Source: an uncultured Thermococci archaeon (GTDB lineage Archaea > Methanobacteriota_B > Thermococci > Methanofastidiosales > B48-G16). Taken from it: a DNA stretch of 64,000 nucleotides. Made by a program: the position numbers and the translations under genes. Below the pieces are notes generated by a model. That model made no database searches. It saw only the letters and a list, made by a program, of their open reading frames with translations, and was not told where the DNA came from. The stretch spans positions 1-64,000 of the forward strand of contig CAZQQT010000001.1 of the NCBI GenBank assembly GCA_964595645.1. Direction: 5' to 3'. Below, one piece after another: positions 19,446 to 29,844 of the stretch. How positions within the stretch are numbered: position 1 is the stretch's first letter; each line of letters opens with the position of its first letter.

Positions 19446-20677
19446 TTTCCCACCCCCACATACTCAAACCCCATATCCTCTGCCTCTTCCTTTTCAAAGA
19501 AATTTCTTCCGTCGATGATCAGTGGCCGTGCCATTTTCTCTTGGATAGATTTCCAGTCCAGATCTTGGAAGCAGTCATGATCCGTGGCGATCACCAGAGC
19601 ATCACAACCTTCGGGCTCGAGATCACCCTTTCCTACATAAGGGTCATAGATGTTCACCGCGATCTGTTCTTTTTTAAGCGCCTCGAGTATCTTCAGTACT
19701 GGAGACTCTCGAATGTCTTCTGTGTTTTTCTTGTACGCCATTCCAAGAATGAGTATCTTGGTGGCATCGTATTGTTTTACCAACTCCACCACGTGCAGTG
19801 GCATGGCATTGTTTATCTCCATGGCTGTCTTAATGATCTTTAACGGTGTTTTTTCTTGGATAAAGAGGGGGTCGATGGGAATGCAGTGACCACCTACCCC
19901 GGTGCCTACTTGATGGATGTTCACCCGGGGATGTTTGTTTGCCAGCTCTCGCGCCTCGAAAAAGTTGATGCCAAGAGACTCACAGGCCAGCCCGAACTCA
20001 TTTGCTAGGGCAATATTCACGTTTCTGAATGTGTTCTCCATAAGTTTGGCCATCTCTGCAGTGGTTGTGCTGGTAAAGTGGATCTCCCCTCTCACAAACG
20101 TTTTGTAAAACTTGGCTGCTAATTCCCTGCTTTTTTCCGATCCCCCGATGATTCTATCGTTTCTTCTCATTTCTCTCATTATTTTCCCGGGAAGTACTCT
20201 TTCAGGGCAGAAAGCCGTGAAAAAATCTTCATCATTTGTAAATCCGGACTGTTCAAGAAGTGGGATGAGTAGCTCTTCCGTTGTGGTGGGGGGCACGGTG
20301 GACTCGAGAAGCACGAGGTTGTTCCTTTCCAGTACAGTAGCAATAGATTCACCTGCGTTTTTTATGTAGGAGAGGTCGGCCTTTCCTTCAGAGAGAGGCG
20401 TGGGCACACAGATGATAAATACATCATTCTTTTTATAGGAGAGAGAAGCGCGTATGTTCCCCCTTCTGATATGTTTCTCCAGTAGCTCTTTCAACCCTGG
20501 TTCTCTCAGGTTGAGACTGCTCGTATTGATTCTACTAACTACATCCTCCTCGATATCTACACCGTGAACGGTGTACCCGGCCTCCGCAGCGCACACAGCT
20601 GTAGGGATACCAATATACCCCATACCAACAACCGCGATTTCCGCCGTCTTCGACCGTATCCTCTCTAAAAGTGTCAT
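19442..20677 (-). CDS. wecC: UDP-N-acetyl-D-mannosamine dehydrogenase
   Basis: GMGYIG, VPTP, CPERVLPG, ENTFRNVNIA, GVGGHCIP; next to wecB. Confidence 0.88.
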   Translation of the reverse strand: MTLLERIRSKTAEIAVVGMGYIGIPTAVCAAEAGYTVHGVDIEEDVVSRINTSSLNLREPGLKELLEKHIRRGNIRASLSYKKNDVFIICVPTPLSEGKADLSYIKNAGESIATVLERNNLVLLESTVPPTTTEELLIPLLEQSGFTNDEDFFTAFCPERVLPGKIMREMRRNDRIIGGSEKSRELAAKFYKTFVRGEIHFTSTTTAEMAKLMENTFRNVNIALANEFGLACESLGINFFEARELANKHPRVNIHQVGTGVGGHCIPIDPLFIQEKTPLKIIKTAMEINNAMPLHVVELVKQYDATKILILGMAYKKNTEDIRESPVLKILEALKKEQIAVNIYDPYVGKGDLEPEGCDALVIATDHDCFQDLDWKSIQEKMARPLIIDGRNFFEKEEAEDMGFEYVGVGK

Positions 20678-20817
20678 GCAGTTCTATTAGAACCAACGTT
20701 TTTTAATCTTTCTGAGGCAACTGTTGCATTTCCTGAATAATAGGTGACTATAAATTTCTTATACACATTTTCAGACATTTAGAAGCTTCAAAATACTTCA
20801 AAAAGTTTTTATAATAA

Positions 20818-21690
20818 TTATTTTCCAAAAAATTTCATTTCTCTTTCCATGTACGCCATTTCGTCCTCCTTAAACACTTTTGGATTTACAGGAAGGATAA
20901 ATTTGGCTTTTTCTGTCATCACAATATCGTTTATCATGTTGAGGTACTTCATCACCAGATCGAACCCGTTCTGGAGTTTGAGATACTCGATTCCGTCCAA
21001 AAGTACAACGCTGTCTTCATTTTCACTGACAAAGTTCCGTATCGTGTGGACAATTTTGGAGATATTGGAAGGGTCGATAGAGTTCTTCTCTCCTGTCTGA
21101 GAGAGCCAGAGTATTGGTGTTTTTTTTAGTCCGTAGTTCACTCTCACCTTGTCTGGATGCTGACGAGTGATACAGAGTCCCCTGTATCCGTGGGTCACTT
21201 GATCGACGAAAATATCAAAGGCCGCCTCTGGTGTTCCTTCCTTCACAAGATACTGATATCCTGGTTCAAGAGAATACTTCTGTCCTCTGTCTGTGACTAT
21301 TTCTTCCTGTGATACTACTCTCTGCGGTTCTAGTATCTCCTGGATTATCGCGGTGAGCATATTCATTTCAAAGGGTTTTTGGAGAAATGCCACAGCACCG
21401 AGTGTTTTTGCCTCAAACTTTGCCATGCTATCAGCACTCGCAAATACAATTTTTATCTCAGGATCTATCTCTAGAATCTCCTTTGCCACTTCAATCCCCT
21501 TTTTTGATGGGATTCGTTGGTCCATTACCACAAGATCAATCTCTTTTTCGGTATTCTTGAATTCTTTTATGGCTTTCTCTCCATCTTCAGCTACAATTAT
21601 CACACGATAGTTCCCAGCATTCTCTATTGCCATGCTGTAGAGCGATCGCAGCTCATGATCATCCTCCACTATCATAATGTTATGTGGCAT
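20818..21690 (-). CDS. Response regulator, REC-DUF835 fusion
   Basis: VEDD..VMD..SA..KPF; C-terminal GLCITR, WLS, VVLLDGIEYL..NGF. Confidence 0.88.
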   Translation of the reverse strand: MPHNIMIVEDDHELRSLYSMAIENAGNYRVIIVAEDGEKAIKEFKNTEKEIDLVVMDQRIPSKKGIEVAKEILEIDPEIKIVFASADSMAKFEAKTLGAVAFLQKPFEMNMLTAIIQEILEPQRVVSQEEIVTDRGQKYSLEPGYQYLVKEGTPEAAFDIFVDQVTHGYRGLCITRQHPDKVRVNYGLKKTPILWLSQTGEKNSIDPSNISKIVHTIRNFVSENEDSVVLLDGIEYLKLQNGFDLVMKYLNMINDIVMTEKAKFILPVNPKVFKEDEMAYMEREMKFFGK

Positions 21691-22002
21691 TACTGTCTCC
21701 TGTACGCTCTTCTAATAAAAGCTTTCCGAATGTTTTCACTGATAGAATGGGAGAGTCCCTCTGCAAAAAGAATAAGATTGCATTACTTTCGGTCAATAAA
21801 TAATAAATACTTTGAATGATGTTATCCCTTAGAGATTCACTGAAAGTGGTGAAGCTCTGTCCTTCACATGGGAGTTTTTTCTACTGGCAAAGGGTCTCCT
21901 ATTTCTTCTTTGAAACCTAACAGTATCCCCCGATTGAATAACTCATAGAATGGATGTATTGTACTACATCTATCTCTCGATTATGCATAAGAACCATTAA
22001 CC

Positions 22003-22991
22003 GGGTTTGGCACTAAATTCTCATCACCTCTTTCACAACTAACAGGGCGTTATACAATATCACTTTACACCAAAATTCAATGAGAATAGTCCATGGAGTT
22101 CTACATCGTACAGTATCTCCAAATCTGCATTTCATTGACCAGAAGGTCGCTTCGATTCTGCTTCTCTTGCTGTATAGCTTCTTCATTTTTCTTGGATGGG
22201 ATCTCCATTCTCTGATCATCTTTCTATACACAGGGCTTCCTTTTGATCTCGTTCCACAGTTCTTTTTTGGCTTTATTATTGGGGAGCCCCTTTTTTATCA
22301 ACTAAATCACAGTTCTTTCGTGAAAGATAGCCAGAGTCTGCTAGAAGATTGTGTATCATATCGATTGGGTCAAGGAGTTCCTCGAGGTATGGAGACTCAT
22401 GGTTGTTCCCTGGAGTTATTGTGAAGCTTTTTAAGGACTTTGTTTCAGTATCAGAGATCAAATGGAACTTTGTGTAGTTCTTTCTTTTCTTTTTTATTGT
22501 CCAGGATGGATCCTGTCTTGAGTTTTTAAATCCTGTTGCATCCACGCTAAATGTTTTGGAGTTTCCAAGGTTCTCTATGATTTTTTCATTTAGTTTTCTC
22601 ATATACTGAATAGAGACTTTCTTTCTGGCGAGATAAAGCGAATGCCTGCTTGGAGCATATTTTAAGCCAATTTCGTCAAGAATCCAGTCCATAGACTTTA
22701 TTAGCGAGATGAATTCTCGTTCTGAGAGTCTCATGTACTTTTGCAGTATCATTAAGAGTGTTATTGCTTTTGGATTGTGTGGAGGTCTCCCAACTCCACC
22801 TTCTCTCCATTTCATGGTGTATGGTGGATCTAACGAGTAAATACTTTCTTTCAATATTCCTATGAGTTTTCTGAGTTCATTTTCCCTTCCGTTCTCATAT
22901 CGAGCCCAATTGACATATTTTTTCTTCTTGGACATGGTTCTGGTTGGTTCTTATAGGTTTATAAACTTATCGGTCAAATGGTTCCAAAGCC
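22003..22991 (-). mobile_element. IS5-family insertion sequence, about 989 bp, with IS903-like GGCTTTG end
   Basis: Imperfect TIRs GGGTTTGGCACTAAAT (22003-22018) and GGCTTTGGAACCATTT (rc of 22976-22991), 11/16 identical; flanking direct repeat CATTAACC (21995-22002, 22992-22999). Confidence 0.85.
22013..22935 (-). pseudogene. IS5-family DDE transposase split by a -1 frameshift at A6G4 (about 22287-22296)
   Basis: ORF1 carries GRPP, VDATG and ADSGY; the -1 frame continues GSPIIKPKKN..YSKRSRIEATF..MK. Confidence 0.88.
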
Positions 22992-23049
22992 CATTAACCG
23001 TAAACTTTTTATATCACGGCAAATCCATTTTTTCTATAGGTGAACGATC

Positions 23050-23523
23050 ATGGGCGAACCAAAATCACAGGAAGAAGTCAAAGATATCATCACGAAAAAG
23101 AATGAGATCATCCAGGAAAAAGAAGATATGATAGAAGAATATCAAAATCAGATAAAGAAAATGCAGGCTGACTTTCTCAACTTCAAAAAACGAGTTGAAA
23201 AACAGAAGGAAGAGTATGTCAAGCAGTCCAACAAAGAACTTATACAAAAACTCTTGGAGGTGCTTGACAACCTCGAGAGAGCTGCAGACGATGGGGATGA
23301 GGGAATTACACTTATTTATAAACAGTTTAAAGATATATTAGAAAAAGAAGGTCTGGAGGAGATCGATGCCACCGAAAAGTTCGATCCGTACTACCACGAA
23401 GCGGTGGCGGTGGAAGATGCAGAAGATAGAGAGAACGGAGAGATCATCGAAGTCCTCCAGAAAGGATACTTACTCAATAACAAAGTTTTGCGACATGCAA
23501 AAGTGAAGGTATGTAAGAGGTGA
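23050..23523 (+). CDS. grpE: Nucleotide exchange factor GrpE
   Basis: [41 protein letters not shown]. Confidence 0.95.
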   Translation: MGEPKSQEEVKDIITKKNEIIQEKEDMIEEYQNQIKKMQADFLNFKKRVEKQKEEYVKQSNKELIQKLLEVLDNLERAADDGDEGITLIYKQFKDILEKEGLEEIDATEKFDPYYHEAVAVEDAEDRENGEIIEVLQKGYLLNNKVLRHAKVKVCKR

Positions 23524-23528
23524 TAGTA

Positions 23529-25364
23529 ATGGGAAAAATTCTTGGTATAGATTTGGGAACAACAAACTCGTGTATGGCAGTAATTGAAGGTGGCGAACCA
23601 AAGGTAATCGAGAACGCCGAAGGAGAACGAACTACTCCCTCCGTCGTTGCGTTTACCGATGATGGACAGAGACTCGTCGGCGGCCCTGCGAAACGACAGA
23701 TGGTCACAAATCCCGACGGTACAGTTGCGTCGATAAAGAGAAAGATGGGAACAAATGAGAAGGTCACGGTAAAAGGAGAGGAGTATACACCGGAACAGAT
23801 ATCCGCGTTCATTCTCCAGAAAATGAAGAAGGACGCCGAGGAGTACCTCGGCGAAGAGGTAGAAGAAGCCGTGATTACCGTTCCCGCATACTTCAACAAC
23901 TCACAGCGAGAAGCCACAAAGGCTGCAGGAGAAATTGCCGGACTCGTGGTTAAAAGGATTATCAACGAACCTACAGCCTCTTGTCTTGCCTATGGGCTCG
24001 ATGAGAAAGAGGAAGAGCAGACCATTCTTGTTTATGACCTTGGTGGAGGTACCTTCGATGTATCAATCCTCGAGGTGGGCGAAGGTGTCTTCGATGTGAT
24101 TGCCACAAGCGGGAACACTCATCTCGGTGGCAACGACTGGGATCAGAAGATTATGGACTACCTTATAAAAGAGTTCAAGAATGAGACTGGTGTCGATCTC
24201 TCTCAGGATAGACAGGCACTGCAGCGATTGAGAGATGCCGCAGAAAAGGCAAAGATTGAACTTTCCAGTGTCAAACAAACTGAAGTTAACCTTCCTTACA
24301 TCACAGCTGATTCTTCCGGCCCGAAGCACCTCACAAAAACCTTCACCCGTAAAAAATTTGAGGCGCTTACAGAAGATCTCCTCAAACAAACAGAGGAACC
24401 AATTACTCAGGCATTGAAGGATGCAGATCTACAACCGGAGAGCATCGATAAGATACTCCTCGTGGGAGGAGCCACCCGAATGCCTGCAGTACGCAAACTG
24501 GTGAAAGGCTACTTCTCCAAGGATCCGCGGAAGGATATCAATCCGGACGAGTGTGTGGCTCTCGGTGCTGCGCTCCAGGGCGGTGTCCTCAGAGGAGATG
24601 TGAAGGATATTCTTCTTTTGGATGTCACCCCACTCTCGCTGGGTGTCGAAACCAAAGGAGGTGTGTTCACCAAGATCATCGATCGAAACACAACGATCCC
24701 TTGTGAGGAATCCAAAATATTCACCACAGCAGCAGATAACCAGACCTCCGTTGATATCCACATACTCCAAGGAGAACGCCCGATGGCCAAGGATAACCAT
24801 TCCCTTGGGAGATTCACACTTTCAGGAATTCCTCCAGCCCCTATGGGTGTACCGCAGATAGAAGTCACCTTCAAGATAGATGCCAATGGAATCATGCATG
24901 TCACTGCTCAAGATAAAGCGACGAACAAGGACGCGTCGATCACAATAAAGGGTTCATCCACGCTGAGTGAAGATGAGATAAAGAAGATGAAGAAGGAGGC
25001 CGAAGAACACGCCAAAGAAGATGAGCGGATGAAAGAACTTATTGAGGCAAGGAACAAGGCTGATCACACCATTCACGTGACAGAACGCACACTGAAGGAG
25101 GCGGGAGACAAGGTGACAGATGAAGAACGAGAGCGGATCAATAAGGCGAAGGAACATCTCAAAGAGGTCATGGAAGGAGATGACATCGAGGAGATTAATA
25201 AGGCGATAGAAGACCTGAACGAGGAAATGTACAAAATTTCCTCACGGATGTACCAACAAGGTCAGACCCAGCAGGGAGCTCAGCAACAGACCGGACCTCA
25301 AGAAGGTCCTCAAGGAGCGAAGACGACAGATGCGCACCAGCAGCCACATGATGAGGAAGAGTGA
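23529..25364 (+). CDS. dnaK: Chaperone DnaK (Hsp70)
   Basis: [33 protein letters not shown]. Confidence 0.98.
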   Translation: MGKILGIDLGTTNSCMAVIEGGEPKVIENAEGERTTPSVVAFTDDGQRLVGGPAKRQMVTNPDGTVASIKRKMGTNEKVTVKGEEYTPEQISAFILQKMKKDAEEYLGEEVEEAVITVPAYFNNSQREATKAAGEIAGLVVKRIINEPTASCLAYGLDEKEEEQTILVYDLGGGTFDVSILEVGEGVFDVIATSGNTHLGGNDWDQKIMDYLIKEFKNETGVDLSQDRQALQRLRDAAEKAKIELSSVKQTEVNLPYITADSSGPKHLTKTFTRKKFEALTEDLLKQTEEPITQALKDADLQPESIDKILLVGGATRMPAVRKLVKGYFSKDPRKDINPDECVALGAALQGGVLRGDVKDILLLDVTPLSLGVETKGGVFTKIIDRNTTIPCEESKIFTTAADNQTSVDIHILQGERPMAKDNHSLGRFTLSGIPPAPMGVPQIEVTFKIDANGIMHVTAQDKATNKDASITIKGSSTLSEDEIKKMKKEAEEHAKEDERMKELIEARNKADHTIHVTERTLKEAGDKVTDEERERINKAKEHLKEVMEGDDIEEINKAIEDLNEEMYKISSRMYQQGQTQQGAQQQTGPQEGPQGAKTTDAHQQPHDEEE

Positions 25365-25376
25365 TTCTGTGGTTGG

Positions 25377-26456
25377 ATGAAAAAAGACTACTATGATATT
25401 CTCGGAGTAAGTAAGGATGCATCTCAAAAGGAGATAAAAAGAGCGTACAAAAAACTCGCACGAAAGTATCATCCCGATGTGTGTGATGATCCCAACGCAG
25501 AAGAGAAGTTTAAGGAGGTATCAGAGGCCTACGCTGTTCTTTCGGATGAGGAGAAAAGAGAACGATACGATGCCTTCGGACATGAAGGTGTCGATTCACG
25601 GTACAGTCGGGAGGACATATTCCGAGATGTTAACTTTGAGGATATTTTTAGCGATCTTTTTGGAGGACGTTCGGAAAGTATCTTTAGAGATTTTTTCGGA
25701 TTTGATTTCGGATCCGGGTTTGGCAGGCAGGGATCGCAGCGCGGACGCGATCTCAAGACGACGGTCCGTGTCGATTTGGAAGAAGTGGCTACCGGCACAA
25801 AAAAGGACGTCGTCTACACCCGTATAGTGAAATGTGACGAGTGTGATGGCACTGGCGCGGAGAACCCTGAAGATGTGAAGACCTGCGATCTCTGTAAAGG
25901 AAAGGGGAAGGTCCAAGAGAGCAGACGGATGGGATTCTCTCAGGTTGTACGGGTCAAACCCTGCCCCCAGTGCAATGGGACGGGGAAGAAAATCCTCAAT
26001 AAGTGCCATGAATGTGATGGCACAGGAAGAGTTCGGGACCGAACAACGGTCACTGTCGAGATTCCCAAGGGCGTCCAAGATGGTGCTACACTCAAATACA
26101 CAGGCAAAGGAGAGTATGCAGAACGGTACGGCGATCTCTATGTAGTGGTAAGAGTCAATCCTCATGAACAGTTCACACGGGATGGAAATGATATTATCTA
26201 TACTGTAGAGATCAGCCTCCCAGAGGCGGTACTCGGCACAACGATCACCGTGCCCACACTCCACGGTGAGGAGACGGTAGAGGTCCCGCCGGGCACACAG
26301 TACCACGATGAGATACGGCTGAAGGGGAAGGGACTTTCCACGGGGCGATTTTTTGGCAGCGGTGATCAGCTGGTCAAAATAGCGTTCACGGTACCAAGCA
26401 AGTTGAGTGGCAAGGAAAAGGAGCTTTATGAGCGTCTAAAAAAGATGGAATCCTGA
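25377..26456 (+). CDS. dnaJ: Chaperone DnaJ
   Basis: HPD J-domain, G/F region, four CxxCxGxG repeats. Confidence 0.97.
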   Translation: MKKDYYDILGVSKDASQKEIKRAYKKLARKYHPDVCDDPNAEEKFKEVSEAYAVLSDEEKRERYDAFGHEGVDSRYSREDIFRDVNFEDIFSDLFGGRSESIFRDFFGFDFGSGFGRQGSQRGRDLKTTVRVDLEEVATGTKKDVVYTRIVKCDECDGTGAENPEDVKTCDLCKGKGKVQESRRMGFSQVVRVKPCPQCNGTGKKILNKCHECDGTGRVRDRTTVTVEIPKGVQDGATLKYTGKGEYAERYGDLYVVVRVNPHEQFTRDGNDIIYTVEISLPEAVLGTTITVPTLHGEETVEVPPGTQYHDEIRLKGKGLSTGRFFGSGDQLVKIAFTVPSKLSGKEKELYERLKKMES

Positions 26457-26498
26457 TCTGCCAACAATCTATTTAAATGGATATAACGAGTTATACGT

Positions 26499-27143
26499 AT
26501 GAAACTCATTTTACTGGCTCCTCCCGGAGCAGGAAAAGGTACACAGGCAGAGCTTATCGAGGAGAACCTTTCGATCCCTCATATTGCTACCGGTGATCTA
26601 TTGAGAGCTGCCGTGAAAAAAGGAACACCCTTGGGAATGAAGGCGAAAAAACACATGGACAAAGGAGAGTTGGTTCCCGACGATGTAGTGGTGGGGATAG
26701 TGAAGAATAAGCTCAACGATGTAGATCAGTTTATTCTCGATGGATTCCCCAGGACACTGGAACAGGCCAAGCGACTGGACGCGATTCTTGAGGAACAAGG
26801 GAAGGAGCTGGACGTGGTGATAGAGATTCAGGTGCCCAACGAGGTGCTTATCGAACGTGCAGAGGGTCGGTTATCCTGTGAGTGTGGCGAGGTATACCAT
26901 GAGGTGCACAACCCACCTACCACCCCCGGCATCTGTGATGAATGTGGAGGCAAACTGTACACACGGGAGGATGATAATGCAGAGACGATGTACGAGCGAA
27001 TAAAGACGTACAAAACAAAAACGCTTCCACTCATACGGTATTACTTTAAAAAAGGACTACTTCAGACCGTAGATGGGGATCAAGACATAGAAAAGGTTTA
27101 CTGGCAAATAAAAAAGAAATTAAAGAAAATAGAGGAAGACTAA
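26499..27143 (+). CDS. adk: Adenylate kinase (bacterial type, Zn-binding lid)
   Basis: PPGAGKGTQ, GELVPD, LDGFPRT, C/C..CDEC lid, REDD. Confidence 0.93.
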   Translation: MKLILLAPPGAGKGTQAELIEENLSIPHIATGDLLRAAVKKGTPLGMKAKKHMDKGELVPDDVVVGIVKNKLNDVDQFILDGFPRTLEQAKRLDAILEEQGKELDVVIEIQVPNEVLIERAEGRLSCECGEVYHEVHNPPTTPGICDECGGKLYTREDDNAETMYERIKTYKTKTLPLIRYYFKKGLLQTVDGDQDIEKVYWQIKKKLKKIEED

Positions 27144-28228
27144 ATAAGGAACTTCCCATCTTCGTAGAACAACTCGCCATCTGCGTATATTTTTCCACCA
27201 TTTTTCATATCTTTGAGGATATCCCAGTGAATACTGGATTCATTCTCTCCTCCGGTCTCGGGAATTGATCGTCCGAGGGCCAAATGCATAGTGCCGCCCA
27301 TTTTCTCGTCGAAGAGCATGTTCTTCGTAAATTGCTGGATTCCGTAGTTCGTACCGATGGCAATTTCACCGATTCTTCTTGCACCCTCAATATCGAGTAC
27401 TTTTTCAAGTAAATCCTGCCCCTTTCCAGCTGTAGCATCGACTACCTCACCCTCCTCAAATTTCAGCCAGATATCCTCGATCTCTTTCCCCATGTAGATC
27501 CCTGGATAGGTGAATCGAATTGTACCGTTGGCGGAGTCTTCAATAGGGCCGGTAAATACTTCGCCGTCGGGCATGTTCTTCTCTCCATCGGCATTTACCC
27601 ATGTGCGTCCTTCCGTCGACACGGTGAGATCAGTATCTTCTCCCACATAGTGGATCTCATCCTTTTCATCGAGATAATCAACGACCTTTTGCTGTTTTTT
27701 GGAGATTTTTTTCCATTCCTCTACGGGATCCTCTTTGTCCAGTAGACACGCGCCGTAAACAAAGTCTTTGTATTCGAGGAAGGATATCCCTGCTTCCTGT
27801 GCCATGGCTTGTGTGGGGTACGGCGCCAGTGTCCACTGCAGCTCTCCCTTTCTCTCTCGTTCCACGAATATCTGCGAGATCTCCTTTTGAGCTGCTGCGC
27901 GGGTGGAGAGTTTCTCAGAATCAACACTGTTTAGATTTTTCGGATTCATATCCGCCCATATGCCAATGAGGATATCTACCTCTTCTATAGCGGTCTTTCT
28001 TATAGGTGATATATATTCTAATTGTTCATCTCCACCGTATCGATAAAGTATTTCTTCCAAGTTCTCTATCTGTATCTGGTAGTCAATGTTCGCTCCTTTT
28101 TTTATCACATTCTCGGCAATTTTTTCCACGAGGGGCGCGGCGAGGTAGCTCGACTGAAGCATCACAAGGTCTCCTTCTTTTATTTCAACAGAATAGTCCG
28201 TCACTATACGTGCTAGTTTTGATATCAT
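27140..28228 (-). CDS. Aminopeptidase, M29 (AmpS/AmpT) family
   Basis: NMPDGEVFTGP, GEIAIG, FDEKMGGTMHLALG, NESSIHWD. Confidence 0.92.
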   Translation of the reverse strand: MISKLARIVTDYSVEIKEGDLVMLQSSYLAAPLVEKIAENVIKKGANIDYQIQIENLEEILYRYGGDEQLEYISPIRKTAIEEVDILIGIWADMNPKNLNSVDSEKLSTRAAAQKEISQIFVERERKGELQWTLAPYPTQAMAQEAGISFLEYKDFVYGACLLDKEDPVEEWKKISKKQQKVVDYLDEKDEIHYVGEDTDLTVSTEGRTWVNADGEKNMPDGEVFTGPIEDSANGTIRFTYPGIYMGKEIEDIWLKFEEGEVVDATAGKGQDLLEKVLDIEGARRIGEIAIGTNYGIQQFTKNMLFDEKMGGTMHLALGRSIPETGGENESSIHWDILKDMKNGGKIYADGELFYEDGKFLI

Positions 28229-28258
28229 AGTAACCACTACCCGATGTCGTTAGTAACG

Positions 28259-28266
28259 TTTATAAA
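28259..28266. promoter_or_regulatory. Symmetric TATA box TTTATAAA between the aminopeptidase gene and rnpB
   Basis: About 23 nt upstream of RNase P helix P1 and about 30 nt upstream of the ATG at 28228 on the other strand. Confidence 0.55.
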
Positions 28267-28288
28267 TTTTTACTTCGCATAGGAGAGT

Positions 28289-28575
28289 AGCGTGAGCGGT
28301 CTGCAGTTTCGGGCGTACGCCTGAGGAAGCTCTATCCATGCGATCAGGACTGGCAGTGAGGAGAGATTCTCCGGTTAAGGGAACAGAAACGACACCGCTG
28401 GTACAGGAGGAAAATGAGTCTGCGAAAGATGAGGACTGTGTCAGGCAGGATGGAACGGCCCTTTCCCCAGGCATGCAAGACCAAATGTCGCCGATGAGCA
28501 CCCGATCCGAGGCGAAGGTGGGTCGCTTAGTTGAATACTGCGTTTACAGAAGATAGGCTATAGACCACTCACGCT
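28289..28575 (+). ncRNA. rnpB: Archaeal RNase P RNA
   Basis: P1 AGCGTGAGcGGTCT/AGACCaCTCACGCT; P4 GAGGAAGCTCTATC pairs with ACAGAAGATAGGCT; P5 CATGC/GCATG; AGAAAC and GAACGG in J11/12 and J12/11; P12 CTGGTACAG/CTGTGTCAG; P15 GACC/GGTC; GCTTAG..GAAT. Confidence 0.95.
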
Positions 28576-29144
28576 TCCTCAATTCCAAGAAGCTCTCTAA
28601 TTTCTCTTTTTCCATCCTCAGGCCCTTCGGCAAAAATGACATCGTCTTCTTTGAACTTAAAATTTTCCAGCTGATAGATATAACTGTTTCCTCGTTTCAC
28701 CAGGAATATATGCATTCCTGTTGTTGTCTTGACTTTGAGGTCTCTTACTGTCTTCCCTATCATCTTGGAGTTTTCTTTCACCGATTCTTTAATAATAATT
28801 TCACTTGTTTCGTTCATCGCAGCAATAAATATAGGATGTATTTTTTTCCTGAAGACGTTTTCCGCGATTTTCAGTGCTGCGTCTGCAATTACCTCAGCCG
28901 CATTTCCCAGCTCAAGAATCGCAATGAGACTCTCCGCTTCTTCCTCCCGTGCGGCTCGGAGCGTGATGAGTTTCAGTTTGTAATGGAGTCTATCCATTCT
29001 CTCCTCTAAGTTGATGACCTCCTCGGCTATCTCTTTGTTGTAGTAGATGAGTGAGGTGTATGCGAGATCGATCATGAGTTCTGAGGTGTTCTTTATCTCC
29101 ACCAGTGTGTCTTTGATTCCCCAGAGGTCAGTCTCTCCACTCAT
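28569..29144 (-). CDS. PhoU-domain plus TrkA-C domain protein
   Basis: KNTSELMIDLAY..AEEV..LEERMD, EVIADAA; C-terminal RCK_C. Confidence 0.85.
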   Translation of the reverse strand: MSGETDLWGIKDTLVEIKNTSELMIDLAYTSLIYYNKEIAEEVINLEERMDRLHYKLKLITLRAAREEEAESLIAILELGNAAEVIADAALKIAENVFRKKIHPIFIAAMNETSEIIIKESVKENSKMIGKTVRDLKVKTTTGMHIFLVKRGNSYIYQLENFKFKEDDVIFAEGPEDGKREIRELLGIEEA

Positions 29145-29718
29145 CTATCTCCCCCTGACAGATCTTTCTGAGGATTCTTTCTCCCTCCTCTGTTCCTCGC
29201 ACCGTCAGCACATCTCCCTCTTGAAGTACCGTCTTTTTATCGGGATTGTAGATTCTTCTCTTCCCTCTTTTTATGTAGATAATGTACTCCCCTATCTCTG
29301 TAGCCAGCTTGCTTTCGCCTATTTTCGTCCCTACAAGGGCCGATTCCCCGCCTATACGGATTCTTGCCGTCTTTTCCTCCGCTTCTCTCAGCGCTTGGAG
29401 GATTATGGGATGGATCTTAAACTCCCGTTTGATAATGTTGGAGATGTCTTCGGCGGCATTGGCAATATCCTCCGAAGCAGAGGCCACCTCCAATATTTCT
29501 GAGATGTTTTCAGCATCCTCCTGCGTTCGTGCAGCCATCAGTGCAATTGTTTTGATTCTGTAGTTAAGTTCGTCCATTCGTTCACCGAGCTCGTGCACCT
29601 CCTCGGCTGTATCTTCTGTGTCAAAAAACACCGAGGAGTACGCGAGGTCCTGGATCAACTCCGAGATATCTTTCATCTCGGTGAAGATATCCTTAACGTT
29701 CATCTCCTCGTATTCCAT
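29128..29718 (-). CDS. PhoU-domain plus TrkA-C domain protein (tandem paralogue)
   Basis: KDISELIQDLAY..AEEV..ERMD, EDIANAA; IKRG..YNP..LQEGD. Confidence 0.85.
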   Translation of the reverse strand: MEYEEMNVKDIFTEMKDISELIQDLAYSSVFFDTEDTAEEVHELGERMDELNYRIKTIALMAARTQEDAENISEILEVASASEDIANAAEDISNIIKREFKIHPIILQALREAEEKTARIRIGGESALVGTKIGESKLATEIGEYIIYIKRGKRRIYNPDKKTVLQEGDVLTVRGTEEGERILRKICQGEIDEWRD

Positions 29719-29844
29719 CTATTACCCCTTCTCCTCCGAGTATATAAACGTTATTCCGTCACCACGATACAAAGAACAGATCAAAAAAAATGTTTATATA
29801 TTCTGAAAAAATCTATAGGACTGTTGTAAGAAAGATGTGTACTT

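Noticed and set aside
21800-21990. Possible V4R-like gene remnant on the minus strand (ELFNRGILLGFKEEIGDPLPVEKT)
   Set aside because: Too short and lacks the conserved Cys residues; cannot be supported
22280-22300. Programmed -1 ribosomal frameshift in the transposase
   Set aside because: AAA AAA GGG is not in the X XXY YYZ register; a homopolymer indel or sequencing error is simpler, though transcriptional slippage is not excluded
23050-27143. Bacterial-type grpE-dnaK-dnaJ and adk as a novelty
   Set aside because: Well documented in mesophilic euryarchaeotes
28250-28556. ORFs 28250-28501(-) and 28338-28556(+)
   Set aside because: They overlap the RNase P RNA gene and have no protein motifs
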